Source: an uncultured virus (IMG/VR IMGVR_UViG_3300042987_002221)
Taxonomy: Duplodnaviria; Heunggongvirae; Uroviricota; Caudoviricetes
Length of the DNA stretch: 59,204 nucleotides
IMG/VR virus record: IMGVR_UViG_3300042987_002221
Span: 62,001-121,204 of that record
Direction: 5' to 3' (one strand)
The notes under the pieces: model-generated
Database searches by the model: none
What the model was told of the DNA's origin: nothing
Seen by the model: only the letters and a program-made list of their open reading frames with translations
Shown: piece by piece, positions 49,201-56,290 of the stretch
How the letters are laid out: every line of letters begins with the position of its first letter
Position numbering within the stretch: the stretch's first letter is position 1
Position numbers and translations under genes: made by a program

Positions 49201-50010
49201 ATGGTTGTATTGAATGCTGACAGAGGTGAAACAGGTTATATTATCGGCGATACCCCAATGGGATTAGCTGATAACGCAACTGCAATTTCTGCTTGGGCTA
49301 ATAACACTGCTGGTGCAACAAGTACAGGTGAAGATGGATTAGTAACAAGAAATACATATTTAGGTCTCTTCTATCCAAGTGGAATAGCAAGTGATTTAAG
49401 TGGTAATTTAGTTGCTGTTCCTGCATCACATATGATGTTAAGAACATTCATCAGAAATGACAGTATTGCTTATCCTTGGTTTGCAGCAGCAGGTACACGT
49501 AGAGGTTTAATTGACAATGCTACAAATATTGGATATGTCAATCGTCAAACTGGTGAATTCCAGGTAGTAAGAACTAGTTTGGGAATCAGAGATGTATTGT
49601 ATACAAACTTTATCAACCCATTAGTATTCTTTACTGGTCAAGGTTTGTTGAATTTTGGCAACAAGACCAGTTTCAACTCACAGAGTGCATTGGATAGAAC
49701 AAACGTTGCAAGATTGATTGCTTACTTAAGAAGACAATTGACTATTGCTGCAAGACCGTTTATCTTCGAACCAAATGATTCATTAACTCGTGGACAAATT
49801 TCAGGAGTTATATCAACTCTAATGTTAGATACACAATCAAAACGTGGTATCTATGATTATTTGGTGATATGCGATGAATCAAACAATACGCCTGCAAGAA
49901 TTGATAGAAATGAATTGTGGGTAGATGTTGCAATTGAACCGGTTAAAGCTGTTGAATTTATTTACATACCAGTAAGAATTCTCAACACAGGAGAAATAGC
50001 AGCATTATAA
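46243..50010 (+). CDS. gp18: Tail sheath protein (expanded, 1255 aa)
   Basis: SPGVEV...D.S start; PWFA.AG..RG, FEPND..TR, CDESNN...IDRNEL, EFIYIP. Confidence 0.93.
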   Translation: MALTSPGVEVSVIDQSQYLPAPTNSVPFVLVATAQDKADPNGVGVAAATTAANAGRVFEVTSQRDLVTLYGTPFFYQTSNGTPIQGYELNEYGLLAAYSLLGVTNRCFVLRADIDLASLVGQTSRPSGLPDAGSYWLNATTSTWGIYQWNKTTGKFTLQSPIVITDSGSLSGSVPIASIGNIGDYAVNALDINEYAPASAQAGQYFYKTTDNVWVVLGSDDWAVDVPTVQGTEAPTGTITGTFTISLSGDVSLSVAVSGNIESVATAINNLAVTYLTAEVRDGKLCVFLTYPEVNTPTSGSPVSTPRYLSFANTSGTPLATLGITAATNYYRPIVQWGTSAQQPLWQTGQTYSRPNGSVWLKAGGSGLAPVVAEWDSTLVSWQNKTVSLAVSDAAATAALDSTGGQAIPAGTVYGQYNFNNNLFPTAPVYLWERFASGDTVITGSVENPDFLATVAPADLEIGRTYKITTVGSTTWTACGAADNNLNTVFVATATGSGTGVAQPVYQLTAQVSTPGSSSLSTTYTVPGLAGISDATDFVTQWLAAGIPYTDANVTTDGAIQLIHTAGGSIILSDKITSGAGIGRSSALLELAGFVAGTTDGVKNYNAFNTTYAAVATTGGSGSSLTITAIASGYGYYTVNANTFGSAGSGYVVGDSVTVDGSLLGGETTTNDLVATVLQVGGSGNVQRIAFESGTPDNLYAVELSNWREFAYTANEGAPVNTPSNGTNWFYSEVDQVDIMINFDGAWRGYRNQDYDLNGFPLTGSNSTDPNGPIVTASAPTTQSDGTDLVYGDIWIDTSDLDNYPIIYRWQQADGVDQWVLIDNTDQTNPSGIVFADARWSSSGAINPVDDPIPTIKSLLTSDYVDLDVLDVSLYPTGMLLFNTRRSGYNVKEFNSNYFNNANFPDAGAFDAGDPTNTANLPEFPYTWVSVSGLQSNGAPYMGRKAQRAMVVEAMRATIDTNVTIRDEDVFFNLLAAPNYPELQPNMVVLNADRGETGYIIGDTPMGLADNATAISAWANNTAGATSTGEDGLVTRNTYLGLFYPSGIASDLSGNLVAVPASHMMLRTFIRNDSIAYPWFAAAGTRRGLIDNATNIGYVNRQTGEFQVVRTSLGIRDVLYTNFINPLVFFTGQGLLNFGNKTSFNSQSALDRTNVARLIAYLRRQLTIAARPFIFEPNDSLTRGQISGVISTLMLDTQSKRGIYDYLVICDESNNTPARIDRNELWVDVAIEPVKAVEFIYIPVRILNTGEIAAL

Positions 50011-50037
50011 TAGAATGGGCGTAACAGCCCATTCTAT
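50010..50037 (+). terminator. Hairpin between sheath and tube genes
   Basis: ATAGAATGGGC-gtaaca-GCCCATTCTAT; no U-tract. Confidence 0.5.
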
Positions 50038-50068
50038 ATGTGATAAATAAAATTAGGAGATAACTAAT

Positions 50069-50677
50069 ATGGCAAATTTAAAGAATTTATCAGTTGGCAG
50101 TGACGGCAATCAAACTCTTTTGATGCCTAAATTACAATATAGGTTTAGGCTTGTTTTTGAAAATTTTGGTGGCGGAGAAACAGCAGTATTGACAAGGCAA
50201 GTAGTTGATTGTTCTAGACCCAGTTTAACTTTTCAGACAATTAATTTACCAGTTTATAACTCTACAGTTTATATAGCAGGTAAACATACATGGGCTACCA
50301 TGTCAATAAACTTACGTGATGATATTGAAGGTGGAGTTACTAAACAAGTAGGTGCACAGGTTCAAGCACAGTTAGATATGTTAGAGCAATCAGGTGCAAG
50401 AGCAGGGGCGGATTATAAATTTAGACTCAAGTTACAAATGCTAGATGGTGCAAATGGTGCATTTAATCCAGGCGTACTTGAAGAATGGGATCTTGAAGGT
50501 TGTTTTTTGACTGCCGTTAACTACAACACAGTAAATTATGGTACAAGTGAAGCTGTACTTATTGCACTTACTGTTCAATATGATAATGCAATACAAACAG
50601 TAGGCGGCGGAATAAGTGAAGAATTTCAACCGGCTAGAGGTTCTGATTTAGGTACTGCTACAGGTGACGGGGCTTAA
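50069..50677 (+). CDS. gp19: Tail tube protein
   Basis: Follows sheath; YRFR.., AGK.TW, W.L.GCF, T..YD; GATAAATA at 50042. Confidence 0.85.
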   Translation: MANLKNLSVGSDGNQTLLMPKLQYRFRLVFENFGGGETAVLTRQVVDCSRPSLTFQTINLPVYNSTVYIAGKHTWATMSINLRDDIEGGVTKQVGAQVQAQLDMLEQSGARAGADYKFRLKLQMLDGANGAFNPGVLEEWDLEGCFLTAVNYNTVNYGTSEAVLIALTVQYDNAIQTVGGGISEEFQPARGSDLGTATGDGA

Positions 50678-50692
50678 TACCACTACAAAATA

Positions 50693-51565
50693 ATGACAAT
50701 TACATTACGTGATTTTACACACGCCTCTAAAATATTTAGGGGCGGTAATTATGCTAAGGCACCCAAACTTAAATTTTTATTTCATGTATATTTTGCATTA
50801 AATGAAAATTCGTACAACAACGGTACACTGGGGCCTTTAGCGTCTGACCAGCCATTTGGTGTTTTAGTAAAAACAGTTAAATTGCCTAGTTTTCAAGTAA
50901 CTACACAAGAATTAAATCAATATAACCGCAAAAGAATAGTACAAACTAAAATAAAATACGAAAATATTGATATTATATTCCATGACGACAGTAGTAATTT
51001 AATAACAGGATTATGGAATCAGTATTACACATACTATTACAAAGATAGTTTGAATTATAAAAATATGCAATTCATTGGTAGTAGAGGATATACTCCACCT
51101 GAAAGTGCAACTACAACTCCTGAAAGTAGAAAAAACATTTATTCACCTGATATAAATGACAGTACAAGTTGGGGTTATATCGGTGAAACAACAACGCAAT
51201 CGGCCTTTAAAAAAGCGTTTTTCAAATATATTACAATTTTTGGATTCAATCAACACAAATTTACCTCATATACATTAGTAAATCCTATAATCAATAGATT
51301 AAATCATGATACATATAATTATAGTGAAGGTGGGGGAACAATGGAAATTGGTATGAACATAGGTTATGAAACTGTAATATATAATCAAGGTGCAATGGAT
51401 GGTCAAGATCCACAAAACATAGTAACAGGATTTGGATTAGAAGCTAATTACGACAAAACTTTAAGTCCCATAACTAAACCAGGTGAAAATAGATTAGTTC
51501 AAATGAATGACGGAACTGTACCTGCTAATGGTGGATTTATAATAGACAGTATTACACAAAGATAA
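50693..51565 (+). CDS. Tail tube-like/baseplate tube initiator protein
   Basis: VK...LP, NQYNRKR, I.FHDD, L.NP.I pattern. Confidence 0.65.
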   Translation: MTITLRDFTHASKIFRGGNYAKAPKLKFLFHVYFALNENSYNNGTLGPLASDQPFGVLVKTVKLPSFQVTTQELNQYNRKRIVQTKIKYENIDIIFHDDSSNLITGLWNQYYTYYYKDSLNYKNMQFIGSRGYTPPESATTTPESRKNIYSPDINDSTSWGYIGETTTQSAFKKAFFKYITIFGFNQHKFTSYTLVNPIINRLNHDTYNYSEGGGTMEIGMNIGYETVIYNQGAMDGQDPQNIVTGFGLEANYDKTLSPITKPGENRLVQMNDGTVPANGGFIIDSITQR

Positions 51566-51566
51566 A

Positions 51567-51824
51567 ATGAACAACAATCAAGCAAATGTAGCATACAATT
51601 ATCAAAAAAATCCTTATTTGATTAAAACAAATAAGGAGCAGTCTATTTTAGGGTTTACATTAACACAGCGTGATAATACTCAACTTAACAGAAATGTAAA
51701 CTCACTTTTCCCTATAAATTTTTCTACTCCCAATCCTGCAGCAGGATCTCCTACAGCAGGAACTGTGATTGGACCTAGACCTGTGACTTTTGAACCAGTC
51801 GCTGGCTTTCAAAATATAACTTAA
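51567..51824 (+). CDS. Hypothetical protein
   Basis: Short ORF in tail operon. Confidence 0.55.
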   Translation: MNNNQANVAYNYQKNPYLIKTNKEQSILGFTLTQRDNTQLNRNVNSLFPINFSTPNPAAGSPTAGTVIGPRPVTFEPVAGFQNIT

Positions 51825-51826
51825 TT

Positions 51827-52189
51827 ATGGCAACTATAACCGAAGATAGAAATTCTTTAGACAGAACTATAAAAATATTTGATAGTTTTTACAATTCAAA
51901 TATTTCTGTTTCAGCGAATCAATATGATGTTGTGCGTAGTTATTTTGTTGGCGTTTGTCCTTCAGAAACTATAGCTAATAATTTCACTGCGATATTGTGT
52001 AGAATTGCAAGTGTTACCGGTGTTAACGTTTTAGATTTATTAGGAGAAATCAAAGGTACTAATAATCAATTGCAGATGAACGCAAAAATTTGTTACTATT
52101 TAAATGGTATAAAGTCTAAAACTTCTTTATACGGTATAAACGTTATTCCTAAACCAGTTCAACCTGTAGCAAGAAATGTAGTCTTATGA
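51827..52189 (+). CDS. Hypothetical protein
   Basis: ORF in tail operon overlapping next start. Confidence 0.7.
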   Translation: MATITEDRNSLDRTIKIFDSFYNSNISVSANQYDVVRSYFVGVCPSETIANNFTAILCRIASVTGVNVLDLLGEIKGTNNQLQMNAKICYYLNGIKSKTSLYGINVIPKPVQPVARNVVL

Positions 52190-52620
52190 CTAGATGGGCA
52201 CAAGGTATATTCACTCCTAAAAACCCACAGAAATATGTAGGGAATCACAAACCTCGTTATCGTTCTGGTTGGGAAATGGCATTCATGAATTTTTTAGATT
52301 CTAACAATAACATATTGTATTGGGCAAGTGAAAGCATAACTATACCTTATAAACATCCTTTGACAGGTAAACCAGCTAATTATATACCTGATTTTTTCGT
52401 AGTCTATGAAAACAAATACGGAAAAAGATTAGCTGAGATAGTTGAAATAAAACCAAAAAAACAAAGTTTGATGGAAAATAAAGCAATGAGTGTAAAAGAC
52501 AGAGCCGTAATTGCAATTAATCATGCAAAATGGCAGTCAGCAGCAGCATATTGTAAAAGTCAAGGCTATGGATTTAGAGTTTTGAATGAAGATCAATTGT
52601 TTCATAACGGTAGAAAATAA
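52186..52620 (+). CDS. gp4: Head completion nuclease, T4 gp4-like
   Basis: P.NP.KY.G, YRS.WE, WASE.I.IPY, YIPDF, EIKP, N.AKW. Confidence 0.9.
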   Translation: MTRWAQGIFTPKNPQKYVGNHKPRYRSGWEMAFMNFLDSNNNILYWASESITIPYKHPLTGKPANYIPDFFVVYENKYGKRLAEIVEIKPKKQSLMENKAMSVKDRAVIAINHAKWQSAAAYCKSQGYGFRVLNEDQLFHNGRK

Positions 52621-52654
52621 TTTACCCAAACTTTAAATTGTTAATAAATAGTAG

Positions 52655-53128
52655 ATGTCTAAAAAATTAGCTGAATTATTTGAATTACCAACCGATGAAG
52701 AAAATTCATTATTGACTCCTATTGTTGAAGAACAACGAGAGAATGTAGCAGAAACGTTGTCTAATATTGAAAAAATAGAAAATGCATTGCCGCAAGTTAG
52801 AGGTCTTGAAGCTAGTGATACTGAATTTGACAACTTAGCTAATTTAGCTATAGAGAGTTATAAAAACTTGCATGAGTTAGGTATGCAAGTTGATAGTAGA
52901 TTTAGTGCTGAGATATTTGGTGTAGCTAGCAATATGTTAGGTCATGCGATAACTGCTAAAACAGCAAAAGTAAACAAAAAATTAAAAACAATTGAGTTGC
53001 AGTTAAAAAAAGCTATGCTAGATGCAAAGCTTGCAACTAAAGCAGAAGAAGTTGAATCTACTCCAGTTGGTGAAGGTAAAGCATTAGATCGCAATGAGTT
53101 ACTTAAGATGTTAGCCTCAAAATCTTAG
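52655..53128 (+). CDS. Possible small terminase subunit (gp16-like)
   Basis: Size, helical core and C-terminal R.ELLK; weak motif resemblance only. Confidence 0.45.
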   Translation: MSKKLAELFELPTDEENSLLTPIVEEQRENVAETLSNIEKIENALPQVRGLEASDTEFDNLANLAIESYKNLHELGMQVDSRFSAEIFGVASNMLGHAITAKTAKVNKKLKTIELQLKKAMLDAKLATKAEEVESTPVGEGKALDRNELLKMLASKS

Positions 53129-53168
53129 TAAGAGTGATAAATACTATTATATTAATGTAAGGATTCTT

Positions 53169-53783
53169 ATGCGTGGTTTAAAACAGTTTATAACCGAAAG
53201 TGTTAAAACATACAATTACACGATTAAAATTGCCGGTGATGTGGATAAAAACTTTTTGGATTTGTTTAAATACAATCTAAACAAGTTCGATCCTATTGAA
53301 ATAAGTAGCCCGTCTAGTACTCCTATTCAAAAATCACCTTATGGTTTTCCTGGATTAGAAAATCAAAGTGTAACTATAATCAAAGCTAATTTTAGATATC
53401 CAGCAACTGAACCTATGATACAACAAATCGCACAGTTATGTGGTTATAATGTAAACATGGTACGTGCTATATCTACAGATTTTGATGATAGTATCAATCT
53501 TGAAGCTGATAAATTTGCAAATCAAATGAAAGAAAGTCCAGTTCTTACTCATGAAGAAATGGCTGATAATGGCAAAGAAGCTAGTAAAGCTTATAGTCAA
53601 AGTTATTTGAATTCAATTAAAGATCAAGGTAAGAACAGTAAGATTGATATTCCATATGAAGGTAAAAAGACACCTGATAGTTTTGACCCATTTAAAGCTA
53701 TACCACAAGATGTTAAAGGTGCAAAGAGTCCAATGAGCACAATTACAAGACCGCCTAAGCCAAAGACAGGCGCTATGGCATGA
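53169..53783 (+). CDS. Late protein with T4 CTS-like N-terminus (MRGLKQFITE)
   Basis: GATAAATA at 53136; N-terminus resembles T4 internal-protein targeting peptide MKTYQEFIAE. Confidence 0.7.
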   Translation: MRGLKQFITESVKTYNYTIKIAGDVDKNFLDLFKYNLNKFDPIEISSPSSTPIQKSPYGFPGLENQSVTIIKANFRYPATEPMIQQIAQLCGYNVNMVRAISTDFDDSINLEADKFANQMKESPVLTHEEMADNGKEASKAYSQSYLNSIKDQGKNSKIDIPYEGKKTPDSFDPFKAIPQDVKGAKSPMSTITRPPKPKTGAMA

Positions 53784-53801
53784 TAATTAAAGGAAAATAA
53801 A

Positions 53802-56207
53802 ATGGATTTTAAATCATTATTAGACCAATTAAACCAATTGTCTGAGGCTAAAGAAGAAACAAAGACAGGTGTAAAACACAAAGCCAAACCAGGACGTTAT
53901 GGCGGCTATGATCCAGAAACTAACCCTGACAAAGATGACGATGAAAAGAAAGCTGAACCAGCCGCAAAACGTGGTCGTGGTCGTCCTAAGAAAGGTGCTG
54001 ATAGCGAAACTGGTGAGGTAAAGAAGTGGGATACTGATACACTACAGAGTTGGATTGTTGGTAATAAACCAAAGAAATTACCTGGTAAAGCCAGTGTAAA
54101 ACATACTATGAAAGAAGAAAGTGTAGCAGAAGGTACTGATAAAAAATCTTCATTGAAAGATTGGATGAAAGTTGTTTCAGAAAATGTACCTCCAGGGATG
54201 AAACCTCTAGCTATGATGAATCCACAAAACAAACAAGTTGGAGCAGGTGTTTTAACTAGCAAAAATCCAGCAGTTCAAAAAATGTTAGGTGGCATAGATC
54301 CAAAAGATGTACAAATTGTACAAACTACTGCACAAACTTCAACTCAACCAGCTGCAGGTGCAACAGGTCAAGCACCAACTGGAACACAACCAATGAAGGA
54401 AAAAGAAGGTGATTATTCTGCTAAAAAAGCAAGAGCAGGAAAAGATATCGGTAAGCCAGGTAAGCAATTCAGTAAGATCGCTACAAGTGCAGGCAAACGT
54501 TATGGTTCAAAGGCAGCAGGCGAACGTGTTGCAGGTGCGGTTCTTAAAAATCTAAGAAAAGCCAATGAAGGTGTGGCGGAAGGCTATTCACTAAAGAAAA
54601 CTAATGTTGAAAAAACATTTCATCCAGGTGATCCAGAGGATTTCGGCAGTGTTGATATGACACGAAAAGATACAGATTACGAAATTATTAATAACAAAAC
54701 AGGTCAAGTAGTAGGTACTGCAAGTTGGACTACTAATGATTATTTTGGACCAGGGGCAATAAAAATTACCATGAAGAATGGTGCTACACGTTATCTCGAT
54801 ATTAAGAATAGTGACAAGGGTAATCCACAAAGTGCCTTCAATCGTTTTGTAAAAGATCCAAGTACTTCTAAAAAATATAAAGAGCAAGGTGTGGCGGAAG
54901 CAGACATTCCATCTGATCAAATGGACATGGGTGCAGGTTTAGGTGCCGGTAGAAGCGATAAAACGTTTGAAGGCAAAAAAGCTAAGCCTGATTTCTTAGA
55001 TATTGATAAAGATAAAAACAAAAAAGAATCTATGAAAAAAGCAGCAAGTGACAAGAAAAAGAAAAAAGTTACTGAAAGTTCACATAGACATTCTGCTGCT
55101 AGACTAATGGGTAAATCACACGCACTAGCAAAAGAAGGATACAATTGCCGTTATGAAGATATGGATGAAGCAAGAGAATATCATGAAGGCTTCAAAGAAG
55201 GTTTAGATGAATGCTATGGTCAGGGTGTATACGAAACTGCACCAGCAATGCCACCAGCAACAGTTTCTGGAATGGCAAGTGCAGCAATGCCTACACTAGA
55301 AGACGAAATGGACATGTATGAAATGGATAGAACAGAATACATGAGACATAAGGCAAGCACCACACCAGGTGATACATTCAAGGCATTTGGACAAACATTC
55401 AAAGACACAGAAGTATTAGAAACTGATAGTTTCTTTGAAAGTTTAGATAATCAACTACAGGCACTTTTAGAAAGTGAACAAGTTGATGAAGGTATGACTG
55501 TTTCTATAAGCAAAGGTCAACAAGGAATGCCTGACTCAGTAAGCGTTACTGCTCAAGATGCGGAAGCTGAACAACTTTTAGGCTTGATTAAAACTGCTGG
55601 TTTAGGCTTGTTCGGCGATCAACAGTCTAGTGATTATGGTGCAAGTGATCAAGGTAAAGAATCACATGGGGATATTGAAGTGGTAGGTGATCATGATGGA
55701 ATGATGTCAATCATGAAAAAACTAACAGGTCAATCTGACAGTCAAGATTACGCTGATGAAGAAGGTGAAGAGGAAGAAACTTGTGATTCATGCGGTGAAT
55801 ATGAAAGTGATTGTGGATGTGATCACGAGGAACAAGTTGATGAAGTTGAAAATGACGAACAACGTGAATTTCAAGTAAGTGAAGACAATCCTCCTGATAC
55901 AGATGCAGCCGAAACTACTGCTGATGAAGAAGCCGAAGCAGCCGAAGATCAAGCATTAGCAACTCAAAATGTAGAGGAAGAGTTGAATGAATGGGCAAAT
56001 GATGCAGGGCAAAGTCTTGAAGAGTTCAAAGAAGAAACATTCACAACTGATGATGAGTTCATGATCCAAACAATTGCAGGTGGTTTGAATAAACCTAAAT
56101 CAACAGGACAAACTACTATCCCTGTAATTGCAGGACAAAACGATAGAATGGGATATTCTACTAATGAATCTATTGGTGATTGGAAAAAATTAGCAGGACT
56201 CAGATAA
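53802..56207 (+). CDS. Large acidic putative prohead-core/internal protein carrying one GVAE-delimited module
   Basis: Very E/D-rich, many hydrophobic-x-E sites, AT-hook-like RGRGRPKK, ends KKLAGLR. Confidence 0.7.
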   Translation: MDFKSLLDQLNQLSEAKEETKTGVKHKAKPGRYGGYDPETNPDKDDDEKKAEPAAKRGRGRPKKGADSETGEVKKWDTDTLQSWIVGNKPKKLPGKASVKHTMKEESVAEGTDKKSSLKDWMKVVSENVPPGMKPLAMMNPQNKQVGAGVLTSKNPAVQKMLGGIDPKDVQIVQTTAQTSTQPAAGATGQAPTGTQPMKEKEGDYSAKKARAGKDIGKPGKQFSKIATSAGKRYGSKAAGERVAGAVLKNLRKANEGVAEGYSLKKTNVEKTFHPGDPEDFGSVDMTRKDTDYEIINNKTGQVVGTASWTTNDYFGPGAIKITMKNGATRYLDIKNSDKGNPQSAFNRFVKDPSTSKKYKEQGVAEADIPSDQMDMGAGLGAGRSDKTFEGKKAKPDFLDIDKDKNKKESMKKAASDKKKKKVTESSHRHSAARLMGKSHALAKEGYNCRYEDMDEAREYHEGFKEGLDECYGQGVYETAPAMPPATVSGMASAAMPTLEDEMDMYEMDRTEYMRHKASTTPGDTFKAFGQTFKDTEVLETDSFFESLDNQLQALLESEQVDEGMTVSISKGQQGMPDSVSVTAQDAEAEQLLGLIKTAGLGLFGDQQSSDYGASDQGKESHGDIEVVGDHDGMMSIMKKLTGQSDSQDYADEEGEEEETCDSCGEYESDCGCDHEEQVDEVENDEQREFQVSEDNPPDTDAAETTADEEAEAAEDQALATQNVEEELNEWANDAGQSLEEFKEETFTTDDEFMIQTIAGGLNKPKSTGQTTIPVIAGQNDRMGYSTNESIGDWKKLAGLR
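54569..54900 (+). repeat. Two further copies of AGGTGTGGCGGAAG flanking a 318-nt in-frame module
   Basis: GGT codons at 54570 and 54888. Confidence 0.95.
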
Positions 56208-56228
56208 TTCTATTTAAATTTAGAAACT

Positions 56229-56251
56229 AACCCAGCAACATTGCTGGGTTT
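56229..56251 (+). terminator. Terminator-like hairpin
   Basis: AACCCAGCAA-ca-TTGCTGGGTTT. Confidence 0.65.
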
Positions 56252-56290
56252 ACCATAAGATAATTTTATTTACAAAAGATAAATATAAGC

